From the NCBI GenBank assembly GCA_964016885.1, contig OZ024740.1, positions 256,804,001 through 256,868,000 of the forward strand: a stretch of DNA of 64,000 bases, given 5' to 3'. The notes below the pieces were generated by a model. It saw nothing but the letters and a program-made list of their open reading frames with translations, was not told where the DNA came from and searched no databases. Numbering within the stretch: the stretch's first letter is position 1; each line of letters opens with the position of its first letter. Of this stretch, positions 44,685 through 57,956 are shown one piece after another. Origin of the DNA: Eledone cirrhosa (lineage: Eukaryota). The position numbers and the translations under genes were made by a program.

Positions 44685-46905
44685 ATTTCCAACTGCACCG
44701 ACTAGATTTCCCTAATGCGCCAGTGTGGACATGGACCAAACGCATAGGGCCATCTAGATGATATATCCATAGTATTTATATTAGGTCAGTAGATATTGAT
44801 AGTATAGGTTGTACACATTTCCATACTGTCGCCTATTCAGATCACAAATTGGGATATGCATAGTCGACCTGAAGCTCAACATGTAATTCCTAGAACGTAT
44901 AGCTTACAGACACCATATCACCACTTTAGTTACATGCTTGTTGATAGTTAAGAAATCTCGTTAGGAAAATAGAAAGGCGGAGAAGCTGGAAGCTAAATTA
45001 GACGAGGCGATTTGAAGCCGCATTGCAACAGACGTACTATCGGCGATAATAGCATGAAACCATTTCTTCAATGCGAAACACGAAGGCTGCATTGTCAGAG
45101 CTAAGGCGCGTGTACTAAGAAACGAGGGAACGAAAGCTGTTTGATGGGCCTGTGAAGCGGAGGCGCAGTGTTATAACAAAATTCCGATTCGGGATGCTCT
45201 GGTCGGGATACCCTGGTCGTTTGCACAAGGCGCAATTTACCCAGTTTGCGTAGTCTGCCCTGTGAGCTTTACACAGACATGCCAGATTTATTCCCCATCT
45301 CCTCGAAATGCTCCAGAGCAACTGGCAACAGAACGGGAGTGTTGCAGTTCTGTGAGTAGTAACGCTGTTGACTAAAGATGAGAACAAGAAGAACGATACG
45401 TTAGACAATTTCAGGCCAATAACTCTGCTAAACGCATAGTTCAAGATTTTGGCCAAGGTGTTAGCGAAGAGGTTGGCGCTTGTTATCCATACACTACAAG
45501 CTCCACCTCATGCGATATATCATTGAAAGGATAGTGTGATAATCTGGTTTCGGTGGGACTCTGATCAATTTAGATCAATCGAAAGATTGCGATAGGATCG
45601 ACTATCGATACCGCGATGATGTCCTCAAGCCAGTTGGAGTCGGTCTCGTCTTCAGAGTCTGGATCGCTGCAATACACACCGGCATATGTTCGGTGATCAA
45701 AGTAAATGGCCTCCTTTCCGGACCATTTCTCATCAAGTGATCGGTCCGTCAAGGGGGACCTCTCTCCTCCTTTCTGTACGTATTGACTCTCGAGCCTTTA
45801 CTGCGGAAGCTGGAGCTGTTGCAGGGCATCTCCCTCGAACCCAGGCGTGGTAGAGCTGTGTCGGCATATGCGGACGACACTTCGGAAATGGAGGTGGTCG
45901 GCACCTTCTTAGAAGAACATGATAGTTTGACGAGAGCGAAACTGAACCTGGAAAAGTCTGTGGGTTTGCAGCTTGGCACATGGAGAGGCTAATCCATGCC
46001 GTTCAACAGTGTTATGGGAAGTTGAACGGACGGACTGATGAAGTTACTCGGGGACTGGTTCGGAACAGACCTCCAGGTGGATAAGAACTGGAACGAGATA
46101 ATGAGCAGGGTGACCACATTGACGCGGAAATAGCCCGAGAGGAAGCTATCTCTGAAGTTTCGGGAGGAGGTTGTGAACGCGTAGATCGCGTCCGTCATCT
46201 ACTACCGCCAGACCCTCGTGCCTAGCCAGCGTTCGCACCTTGATTTTTGAGGAAGAGACAAGTTCCATATGTGAGGCAGTCCATCTGCTGCGAGCACCCT
46301 CTACGCGGATGGCTGGACTCGCCGTGGTTGATGTCGCACAAACATGCGTCGAGGCTACGGCATCTTCATATATTCTTGAACGGTAAACAAGTGTGGTCAC
46401 CGTTTGTGAGACGTGACTTTCCGCAGCTCGTCTCTTTGACCGAAATTGGGCGCATGGCATCTGGTGTGTTGGCAGCCTCTCACTGCACTCCACCAGGCGG
46501 GCAATGCAATCAGTAGAAATTCCACTCTTGAGTTCTATAGAGAATTAGTAGTGGGCAAGTGCTACGACGCTCTTGGAGAGCCACCGGGCGTCGGTGAAAG
46601 CGAACTGACCAGTGTGTTGTGAAGGACCTTCGAGTCGGGGACCATGGATAACTTCCAGAAATCCCTCACTTGCCAGTGCTACCCGAAGGCACTGCCGGTT
46701 CGAGATAAACTCTAGAGGCAGGGAAATGCGGTCAGGCGGCGCTGCCCGAGATGTGCGCAAGACGAGCTAAACAGTTCTGCACACACTCGTCCAGTGTCCG
46801 TGCATTACTGATTTGTGGAGTTATGTAGAACAGCTGTTATTGCACGTGGGACAGATCCGGCTATCGACCGATACCATAGTGAAGATTTCTCCGCCACGTT
46901 CTTTT
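44685..46905 (+). mobile_element. Decayed, internally deleted Tx1/L1-clade ORF2 fragment
   Basis: Remnants homologous to the - strand copies: DFPNAPVWTW, KHEGCIVRA, NFRPITLLNA, RQGGPLS, SAYADD, EKSVGLQLGTWRG, MDNFQKSL. Confidence 0.87.
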
Positions 46906-47014
46906 GGGTAGAAATATATTCTGTTATATATTGTAAATTAGATAATGTGATACGAGGGCACATATATCTGTAAGAATAGAGTGTATACGAATGCAGATGT
47001 GGTTTTATTAATAT

Positions 47015-47363
47015 ACTAGCCGAATTACCCGCGCCTTGCTGCTTTTCACACATTTCTTTTGTAAGAAAATGATGATTGATTTTAAACCAATAATATAATT
47101 TATGGAGAAAAACCCTGCATTTCAATATTACTCAATGAAAAATGTAATGCATGAAAAATTGGAAAACATTTTTTGTAATATATCAAATCAAAATTACATT
47201 ATTAAATCTTATTCTCATTTTGTTTCTTGTAAATAATTTTTTCAAAATATCAATTCAAAACTTTTGTGAAGAGGCAACATATCTTGTCATTTACCTTATG
47301 GTTTAAATTTCATATAAATCGAGGGAAAAAATTTTCAGCGGGGGTTTGTTTATATATATAGAT
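47015..47363 (+). mobile_element. Possible non-autonomous Helitron/Helentron-like element
   Basis: Starts actagccgaattacccgcg, has aaatttcat...aaatcg near the end and ends tatatagat. Resemblance from memory only. Confidence 0.4.
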
Positions 47364-47532
47364 ACAGGCATAGATATGGATCTATTGGTATAGGCATATG
47401 TAAGTTCACTCGAAGCATTGTTTTACACTTATGATACTCCACAATAAAAACAGAAATAAAAAAATTGTAACCACGTGTAACTGTAATGTAGATAATTTTT
47501 AAACAAGTGACACAAACGGAATAAACACCACC

Positions 47533-47820
47533 AGGATGGATCAGTAGTATTGGTAGAGGGTCGGACGCCATACTTTGCAGCGTGGAGTTACGGCCCTTTA
47601 CGGTTTGAGTTCAAATCCCGCCGAGGTTAACTTTGCCTTTCATCCTCACGGGATCGATAAAATAAAGCACCAGTTGACACTGTATAGTTTGTATCTGCTC
47701 CGGGGGCGCAGTGCCTCGCTCGCCTTTAGCTTCATTGTTGTTACAGTTCCAGGTTGTTAAGGACCAGTAATGCACTGGGATAACTGCTGGCCTTGTGCCA
47801 AAAGTAGAAACAATTATATT
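47533..47820 (+). mobile_element. SINE family 1 with 89-bp insertion
   Basis: Consensus interrupted at accag, which is duplicated at 47669-47673 and 47763-47767. Confidence 0.8.
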
Positions 47821-49560
47821 AACAGTATAAAGTCAGATAAATGATGAATGATGCCGAATCACCTCGAGACAAATGCTTTATATTTGAACCAGACTGAGAC
47901 TTATGTTAATTTCGTGTGTTTGCTTTATATATTATTTCCCCATGTAAAATGCTATCCCCTTGTCTGCCCCTATTACTGCTTTTTAAAAAACATTTCTATT
48001 CCTGCAAATTTATTAACAAACTTTATTCCAACTATATATAAAAGAAATAATAACAACATTCCAAATAAATAAATAATACATAAGTAATGCCTGGTACATA
48101 AATCTACTTACTGCCACATATTAGATAATTCTCCACTCTTGCAATATCACAAAACAGATTTCACTCTAACTATTCAAGACAAATAACTACTAACATTGTA
48201 AATTGTAATGACATTGGAATTGTAAAGCAACCTGTAGGATATGTGAGTTATAGGTATTATGTATGGTGTAGTTAATTGACAACTAATCACTTACATTTGT
48301 TCTGCAAATGTATGTGCCGTTATAACCGTATTGAAACGGACGTAGAATTAAAAGAATGATTGAAAGTTGTTAATCTTGGTTTATGTGATATTGAATATTA
48401 ATGCTCTACTACCTAAAATGTTTTAACAACAAGATATTTAACTGGCGATAACTTTGTCCTCCGTTCTAAACTCCTGACAAACCGAGGATTGTACTGTGCG
48501 TAGAGTGTTTCGCCTTATTAAATATAATAATGACCTACTCCACTATAATCACATATATTTTATATGTATATATGTATATATATATGTGTGATTTGATTCA
48601 CCGTCAAACTGCTGAACGTCACATTATGTGGCTTGAGGTTCTTTAGTTAGGCACTTTAACAACTTCGGTTACAAATCCCACCAAGAGTCTGCTTTATTTT
48701 TCATACATTCTATGTTAATAAAAGAAGTATGAATAATAAATATATAAAATGTCATTCAATTATCTATTTAACCTCCCCTATAAATCAATTTAAGACATGC
48801 GGCCTTGTAGTTAGTGTTGAGCATACAACCACAATGTCTTAAGTTTAATACTTCTTGATAAAAAAAACTTTATTTCGTGTGGCTCTAGTACCCTCAGCTA
48901 AAGATGAGTGCCACAGCAGCAACAGCAACAACAGCAGCAGCACCAACAGCAGCAGCAGCTGGGGATTAAATCTGCAATGGATTGGTGTATTGTACAAGGA
49001 GAAGTATTGTGCTATTAGCCGCTTAACGCCATTGAAACTGCCTGATGAGTTTTGGACTTGGTACAGACTTTAAACGTTTTATATACCAATCAAATGCTGG
49101 TCGACGCTTCCTCGTCTTCCCTCTGCGACCTCATTCACATGTTAGAAAGCAATTTTGGTTGATTTGTGTGTAGTGGAATGGCGGGAACGGTATTACAACC
49201 GACTAACATGGATGGAGGTAGGTAGTTGCTAGAAGTCTCTAGGTTATGAGTTCAAACCCTCTCAAATAAAACTTTACCTCGGAAAATATAAAAGTTGGTA
49301 GATATAAAATGAACTAATTATCTGTAATCAGCTATATGCTACGGCCCCTTAATTTCTGATGGAATAGTGACATAAAGTGTGTTCTGGGAGAACCCATCTC
49401 TTTAGAGGCATAAACACAACCGATTTCTTCCAAAGAGAATTTGAGAGAGGGGGGTGAGAGTGAGAAACAAAGAGAGAAAGAGAGAGAGAATTGACCACCG
49501 TACAATACTGCCCTAGACTGGAAATTGGTCAACCCCAATCAACTATATATTTATATATAG

Positions 49561-49818
49561 TTGTTGTTATACTTTGGGAGGGTCATGTTGCCAATAAGAA
49601 ACACACGCACCAGTTGCTTTCACTTCAATTTATTATATATTTATAAATTTACAAATTTATAAATTTCTGGTTGGTTGGTTGGTTCCACAACCAGATAGTT
49701 GTTTATATATAGTCATAGTTCTTTCGTCACACACTCTGTGACCTCTTATATATAACAACATCGGTTTCAACACACCATTTCAGATAAAGAATCTTGCTAA
49801 ACAAATTCAGAAACGAAA
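49561..49818 (+). mobile_element. Hairpin mini-element family G, copy 3
   Basis: Long inverted segment ending inside the hammerhead (ggtcaca...tgtgac-GAAAGAACTA-tgac on -), then the same tail as 4398-4457. Confidence 0.75.
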
Positions 49819-50833
49819 TATATATAGTTGATTTACATTGTATCCATCTTAAGTATATCAAAATGTAACATTAACACTTAACATTCCGTAATTATTTACA
49901 AGAACATAACTGAAAATGGAATTGTTCATTAAAATATTTATATTCTCTTTAGTAGTGGGAATATCCTTGTGAAAGTTTGCAGTATTAGAGTAAAAGACTT
50001 CAATGTTTAATGTGATGCAATCATAGTGTAGTTTTATACTATTCCCGAATGTTTCACTAATGCGGTTCCATTGGGTACAGGATGTTAAGAATCAATATAC
50101 CGATGTTATTTAACCGACTAAACCTTTCAAATCAACTGTAAACCTTTCTTTAAATTGGTGTGTTTTGTAGTAATATAAGAAATGAATATAGATGATGCAG
50201 AAAACACCTAACACTCGAATTTAATTTTGCAATGAAAGCGTAACTAAAGCACTTAAACCTGAGGTCCTTTTTGAACGGGTGACTCACCGATTAGTTCTGA
50301 GTCAAGAATTCAGGTTTATCAGAAGTTAGTTAGATTTGCCTAAGAGATAAAACTGACACGAAACAAACCACTTTTAGTGGTGAAATGTGTGAAGAATATC
50401 ATGGAGGCACGATGAACAGACATTTTAAAGTCAGAGAAGAATAAATGGCCGGGAAAAATCCAATCAAAGATCAAAGAAAACATCGATAAAAGTCTGAAAC
50501 AGTTTAAGTTGCTGAACAGATTAGAAAATTCTCATGGCAGCTTGGAATTTCTTGAATGGCCATCACCCCTCATCTACAGGTTCCCCGTCTGTGATTTTCC
50601 GATCAATGTAATTTCCACGATGTTGATCGTACATAATAAAAACTGGAGCCTATATGAAACAACAAAAACAATTTCAACAACAACGACAACAAAAAGAACA
50701 AGACACAGGACAATAACAAAGAACACCACCACTACCACTACTACCAACAACAACAACAACAACAACAAGTAGTAGTAATGATTCTGCTGTTACTGTTACT
50801 GATAGTAATGCTGCAATAAACAACCACCATCAC

Positions 50834-50928
50834 AAGAAGAAGAAGAAAAAGAAGAAGAAGAAGAAGAAGAAGAAGAAGAAGAAGAAGAAGAAGAAGAAGA
50901 AGAAGAAGAAGAAGAAGAAGAAGAAGAA
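50834..50928. repeat. (GAA)n microsatellite
   Basis: About 30 units. Confidence 0.95.
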
Positions 50929-52381
50929 ATATTAAGGTATAAGGAAAGAAATGAAGAGAGGGAAGGTAAACTGATCAGAGGAATAAAGCTATAATAAAGA
51001 AACAAATAAGAAGAAAAAGAATATAAATATATATGTGTGTTTGTATGTGTGTATGAGTGAGTGGGTATGTGTGTGTCTGTTTGAATGTTTGTGTGAGTTT
51101 TGTGTTTGTGTATATAGGAATAAATGTATAAATACATAAAAGAAAGGAAGAAAGAAAATGTCAGAAGAAAAAGGTTCATGTAAAAGAGAGTATTATGGCG
51201 GCCATTATCAGAGCTTACTTCAAAGTCGCTTCCTCACAGGCAACTTTCTCAGTTGTTTATTCGGTCTGTTAATGATGCTTTAAAGTTCAGATAGGAAATA
51301 TGGCAAACGATAAATTATATATGGCCGCTAAGAAGTTAGATTTGCCATAATTCCAACAGCAGATAGTCTTAGAGTTGGGAGAGAAAATATAAGGACTTCT
51401 GTAGAGAGAAGAGAGGAGAGTAATAAAGTAAAAGCGAGATTATTGGGATAATTATTACGATGGATTAAAGTGATCCGGGGATGGGTTAAGACTGGCAAAC
51501 ATATCGAAAAGTTGGCCGTTTAATGTTCAACAACTGAAAACATGCAGAAGGAACGTTATTGTTTTTCAAGCCATTTCAGAGATTAGTTGAACAAGTTTGA
51601 TAACAACGTTAATGTGGCTAAAATGGCAAACATGTTCACCTAAACAACCAGCTTTTAGAAAAATACTAAGAATATTTACAGAATAATCTACAACACGGAT
51701 AGATAAATAGACGAATATATAATTAAAAAATATAATAAATATACATTGCATTATGATATTAGGAAGATTAATATCAATAAATTGAATATAGTAGGCACAG
51801 GAATGATAGTGTGGTTAAAGTGTTTTCTTCACAGCCATGCTGTTCTGGGTTCAGCTTCACTGTGCGTCGAATGCTTTGAGGCAGTCACAAAGCATTCAAT
51901 AGTACGAACATTTTCGCCTAGAGTAAAGACAAAGTTAAGAAGGTGTGGCACCAAGAATAAAGTGACCAAATGCATGTAGCCATACCACAACAACGATAAA
52001 TACAAGCAGGTCAAGACTAACCTGAACCATCTTGAATAGAAAGGAATCAATAAAAATCGACAACATTTTCGATACGTTTCTGGGACTCCGGGAAGGTTGC
52101 ACAATGCATATGAAAGTCATAGATGCATCTAGTAATAGAACTGGAATATCCCTTCATCGGCATGTATTCGTTCAGTGTTATCCGTCGTATTCCAATTTAT
52201 AGAAGACAGTGAGGCATTCTACTGCAGTAGTGAATTCGACTTTGTCGTCACATGACATTTCTCAAAAGAGGAAGTTCAAATTGGCCGAACTGTGGCGGGT
52301 AAATTGAATGTGTGAGCAAAGAGGTTTTCACAGAAAAGATCCCGACTAGCTTTATAAATAATCAATGAAACTAGGAGGAGA

Positions 52382-52382
<1 letters not shown>

Positions 52383-52433
<51 letters not shown>

Positions 52434-53943
52434 TTTCATTTATTAACCACAAGGGCCGACATGTAGGGGACAATAAAAAGACAGGGACAGTGGGGGTTTA
52501 CAATAAGGTCGAGTAAAAGTGCACAATGGCAAGACTAATTTAACAATGAAAATATAAAATATAAAATAAACTATGCATAAATATAACAAAATAAATTCCC
52601 CGATAGGTGGTGGAAGACCCTGGGGTGACTCGGGTACCCCACCAATCTTGAACCACCCTGCGCTTCTAGGGCACCCAGGGAGAGCACCCCTCTCCTCAAG
52701 TTAGCTAGCCTATAGGCGCATAGTCAGATAGGCCCATTCACACGAGCCATTCTCGCCACATTCACCCACCTTTTAGCAAATGTACTGGGGGTGCAGCACT
52801 TTTCTCTCCACCCTCACCTTCCTTTCCAGGTGAAACTTGAAGAAGTTGATGAGGGATTGGCCGAAGAGAAAAGTGTCTGTCTTCAGTCCTTTTAACCTGG
52901 TCCACCATATAACCTCTTTCGCAACTGCCACCAGACAGAGGAAAATTTCCTACTCTTCCTGACATAAGGAAGGCGGTGGATCGATCTTCACTATGGACTC
53001 GGCCGATAGCCGTATTCGTTCCACACGCGACAGTAGCTGTTCGACATAACTCCACAAGTCAGTAATGCACGAACATTGGACAAGTACGTGCAGAACGGTT
53101 TCGTCGTTCTGTGCGCATCTTGGGCAGGTCCGCCTGACAGCACTTCCGTGCCTGTAGAGTTTATCCCGAACCGGCAGTGCCCCCCGGTAGCACTGCCAAG
53201 CGAGGGATTTCTGGAAATTGTCCATCGTCCCCAGCTCGAAAGACCTCCGGTACAGACTGGTCAGTTCGACTTCGTCGAGGCCCAAAGCTTCTCCAAGTGC
53301 GTCATCGCACTTGCCCACAACTAATCCTCTATAGATCTCGGGAGTGAAAGTTCCACTGATCGCATTGCCCGCTTGGTAGAGGGCAGTGAGTGCCTGGTAA
53401 CATTCCAGGTGCCAGTCACCCAGTTTCGGTCTCTTCTTGACCCAGGACTGCAGCTCAGTCAAAGAAATGAGCTGCGGAAAGGCCCGTCTGATAAACGGCG
53501 ACCACACCTGTTCACCGTTTAGGCAGAATATCTGGAGATGTCGCAGCCTCAACGCATGTCTGCGCATCATTAGCCACGGCATGCCCAGCCCTCCGCGTAG
53601 AGGGTGCTGGCAGCAGATGGACCGTCTCACTAACGGAACTTGTCCCCTCCACAAGAATTTGAAGAGGAGCCGCTCCAACTTGACGATGCGCGGACGGGGG
53701 CAAGGCACGACGGTCAGGCGGTAGTAAATGACGGACGCGATGTACGCATTCGCCACCTACGAGCGACCTTTCAGTGATAGCTTCCTCCCAGCCCATTTTT
53801 GGGTGAGACTGGCTACTCTGCTCGTTACCTCGTCCCAATTCTTTTCCACCTGGAGGTCTGGTCCGAACCAAACCCCGAACAACTTTACCGGTCCGTCCGT
53901 CAAGCGCTCCACGACGCTGTTGGACGGCAAGGGCTTACCTCTC
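52383..53943 (-). mobile_element. 5'-truncated Tx1/L1-clade LINE (ORF2 C-terminus and 3' UTR)
   Basis: ORFs 53757-53945 and 52950-53756 are homologous to the ORF2 C-terminus of the neighbouring element; ends gtggttaataaatgaaatc(att)n. Confidence 0.9.
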
Positions 53944-54057
53944 AATAATAATAATAATAATAATTGCTTCTACTTTTGGCACAAGGCCAGCAATTACCCA
54001 GTACATTATTTTATCGACCCCGTAAGGATGAAAGGCCATGTTAACCTCGGCGGCATT

Positions 54058-54060
<3 letters not shown>
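53944..54060 (-). mobile_element. SINE family 1, 3' half, between two LINEs
   Basis: Starts within the B-box (caaatgccgccgagg) and ends in (att)n. Confidence 0.8.
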
Positions 54061-54121
<61 letters not shown>

Positions 54122-54381
54122 TTTCTTTATTAACCACAAGGGTTTACATAAAGTAGACATTAAGGACAGTGCAGGACAACGCAGGACGGTACAAATGGGC
54201 ATTTCTGCGTGTAAAAATCAAAAACAGAGGATGTAACAAAAAATAACAATGAAAATAACAATGAAAAATTCCCCAATAGGGGGGAGACTTCGGAGGGACA
54301 TTTGTGGAGAAAGCCCAGTAAAAAGCCACAATGACCCTGACCACCAAGGCAAGTGCCCTCTCCCAGTCTTCCACCTTTAAT

Positions 54382-57300
54382 TTACAGATATATACTCAGA
54401 GTAGGCCCATTCACTCGGGCCATTCTTGCTTCTCTCACCCATCTTTCAACAAAATGCTGGGAAGAGAGCACTTCCCTCTCTACTCTGATTTTCCTTTTCA
54501 AATGAAATTTGAAAAAGTCAATCAGAGCATCACCGAAGAGGTAAGTGCTCGTCTTCAGCCCTTTCAAACGTGTCCACCATACTATCTCTTTCGCCATGGC
54601 CACCAGACAGATAAAAACTGCCTGCCCTTCCCGGCTAAAGGAGGAGGACGGGGCAATCCTCACGATGGACTCAGATAATAGCCGGATCCGTCCTAAACGC
54701 GACAGCAGGTGTTCGACATAAGCCCACAAGTCAGCAATTTTCGGACACTGGAAGAGTGCGTGCAGGACGGTTTCGTCGCCCTGTGCGCATCTCGAACATG
54801 CCCGGCTGACGGCACCTCCATGCCTGTAGAGTTTATCCCGAACTGCCAAGGCTCTTCGGTAGCACTGCCAGGCCAGAGATTTCTGGAAGTTGTCCATAGG
54901 CCCTGGCCCGAAAGTTCTTCCGAAGAGATTGGCTAGTTGATTTTCGTCGACGCCTAGAGTTTCCCCAAGTACGTCGTCGCTCTTCCCCTCCACTAATCCT
55001 ACATAGAACGCCGAGGTAGAGTTTCCACCGATCACATTGCCCGATTGGTCGAGGGCTGTGAGCGCCTGAAGACATTCCAGTCTCCAGGCGCTCCCTCTCG
55101 GTCTTCGCTTGACCCAGGACTGCAGCTCCGTCAAGGAAACGAGCTGGGGAAATACGTGTCTAGCAAACGGCGACCACACCTGATCACCGTCGAGGAAGAG
55201 GTGGAGATGTCGTAGCCTGAGCGCGTGCCTGTGCATCATCATCCACGGCATGCCCAGCCCTCCACGTAGCGGGTGTTGACAACAGATGGACCGCCTGACC
55301 ATCGGAGCGCGTCCCTTCCACAAAAAGCGAAAGAGCAAACGCTCCAGCGCAGTCAGGCGAGGCTTAGGACAAGGTACGACGGTCAGGCGGTAGCAGATGA
55401 CAGACGCGATGTACGCGTTAGCCACCTCCGCTCGACCTTTCAGGGATAGCTTCCTCTCGGCCCATTTCTGGGTGGGAGAAGCCACCCTGCTCGTCACCTC
55501 GTCCCAGTTTTTGTCCGTCTGGAAGTCCGGACCGAACCAGACCCCTAGCAATTTAACCGGTCCGTCCGTCTAGCGTCCGACGACGCTGTTGGACGGCATG
55601 GACCTGCCTCTCCAGGTGCCGAGCTGCAGGCCCACTGACTTTTCCTGGTTGATCATTGCTCCTGTCACCGCTTCGTATTCTCTTAGTGTAGTGCCGATCG
55701 CCTCGATGTGTTTGGCGTTCGACACCACTACGGTGATATCGTCCGCATATGCTGACACGGATCTTCCGCATCCTAGTTCGCGCGGGACGCCCCTCAACGT
55801 CTCCAGTTTGTGCAGTAATGGCTCGAGAGTCAATACGTACAAGAGGGACGAGAGGGGACATCCTTGGCGGACCGAGCGCATGATGTTGAACGGTTCCGAC
55901 AAGTGACCGTTCACTCTCACCACAGAGCAGATGTCGCTGTGCATGGCAGCGATCCAGCCTCTGAAGACGGGCCCAAAGCCAGCCGCCCTCAGGACTGCCG
56001 CTATGTAACGATGGTCGACCCTATCGAAAGCTTTCGACTGATCTAAATTGATCAAGGACCCACCCGTGCCAGGTTCCTTAGCTACCCTCTCTACGATGTA
56101 TCGCATGAGGTGGAGGTTGTCGTGGATGGATCTGTCGGGAATGGCGCATGTCTGCGCTTCTCCCACCAGACCACCAACGACAAGCGCCAACCTCTTTGCT
56201 AGCACCTTGGCCAAAATCTTGAACTCTGGGTTTAGCAGAGTTATGGGCCGGAAATTATCTATGTTATCCCCCTTGTTCGGATCCTTTCTCAGCAGTGCCA
56301 CCGCTCCTCGGCTCACAGAACTGGGAATTCTCCCGTTCTGTTGCCAGTTGCAGTAGACGTCCGCCAAGAGGCCTCCGAACAAGTCTAGCATCTGTACGTA
56401 AATTTCATAGGGCAGACCATCCAAACCAGGCGATTTACCCCTTGTGCAGCCAATCATTGCCTCCCGTACTTCAGCGGCTGTTATCAGCTTTTCGCAACAC
56501 CTCGCCTCAGTGGCCGAGAGCCGCGGCAGTCCGTCGAGGTAGACACTAAAGTCCATCCCTCGACCCGGCCCACCGCTGCCCCCGAAGAGCTGAGCGAAGT
56601 GTCGCTGAAAAGCTTCACACATTTGCCCGGGATCGAGTAGCATGCGCCCGTCGTGGTCCACCAAAGACCGGATCGTGGCTTTGTTGCCACGACGCGCCTC
56701 TGCCACTCGGGCCCATTGAACGGCTTTCGTCCCCTCGTGTCTGAGAGCACGCACCCTTGCTCTGAAAACGCAGCCTTCGTGCTTTGCATTGAAGAATTGG
56801 TCAAGGGCCAATTTCGCCGCAAGCACGTCGGTCGCAATGCCTTTGCTAAGCGCCTCGTCTAATTTTCTAACTAGTTCTCCCTCTGCTCTATTTTTCTCTA
56901 TTGCTAAAGCCTTACTAAACCTAATGGATTCTATTCTAATCGCTCTTTTCAGAGCAAACCACCACTTGTTGTTGACGATGGCCCCCGTCAACGCCCGCTT
57001 AACTAGTTCGCTAATCCGGTCTCTGTAGGCCTTGCGCGCTGGTAAGGACGCGATTAGCTTCCAGTAGCCGGGTCCTCGTCTATGAAGCCTATCTAAGTCA
57101 AGCACACAGATCACGAATTTGTGGTCCGTGTAGCTGACTATCTTGAATTGTGGACAGCCTATGCTAGACCTATCTATTTCCCTACAAAATACTCTATCTA
57201 GATATGATCTGGATGACCCTATGCGATTTGTCCAAGTCCACATTGGCACATTCGGGAAATCCAATCGGTACCTGTCAGACAGTTCAAAACGCATGAGCAG

Positions 57301-57801
57301 GTTGGTGAGGCTCTTGCACCCTCCACCCCTATCCGCTAATCCCACACAGTCCCAGCGTGCATCTAGGTTCCCGTTCCAGTCTCCCACTAACACTAAAGAG
57401 CGGAACGTTCCAAGAAAGGTCTCCAGACGCCGGAAGAAATCAGGCCGCCCTGCTTATGTCGGGGCATAGACGGCCACTAGCCTGAAAGCTTGCCCGTCTC
57501 CGCTGGTCACGTCCAGCACCACCAGCTTACCCTCTGGGTCCAGGAAGATGGCCCGCATGGCGAGATCCAAACCTCTCCGAAAAAGCACAGCAACTCCTCC
57601 CCCCGATCCAGGACGGCTGGGAGATGCGTACACATCGTAGCCGCCAAAGATCGGTGCGAAGGCCCGTGCTTCGGAGATTCTGGTCTCGCTGATGGCCACT
57701 ACATCTATGTTTAGTGACCTGAGGTCGTTGAGCAGGTGACCCTGCTTCCATGACGACCCCAAGCCACGCGCATTTATGCTGCCTATTCTGAGTGAGGTCA
57801 T
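54382..57801 (-). pseudogene. Tx1/L1 ORF2 (APE endonuclease + reverse transcriptase) with two in-frame stops
   Basis: One frame from MTSLRIGSINARGL: AISET, VYAP, GDWN, SYLDRV, TDHK (APE); KSPGLDG, FRPITLLN, DQSKAFD, VRQGCPLS, YADD (RT); CSRC...ETVLHALFQC. Premature TAA at 57454-57456 and TAG at 55570-55572. Confidence 0.93.
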
Positions 57802-57956
57802 GTTTAAAATAGAGTGGAAAAGATGGGAAAGACCACTTACCGTACTTTTGGTAGAGGAGTAATGGTTTTTACAACCCTTTTCACTTGATCGTCTGGTGAA
57901 GGGACCGTTGAATCGTCCCTTCGGCTGTTTGTCGGCTCTTCTAAGAGAATGTCTGA

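Noticed and set aside
49850-52300. Possible decayed DNA-transposon coding sequence
   Set aside because: No recognisable motif or terminal repeats by eye; needs a translated search.
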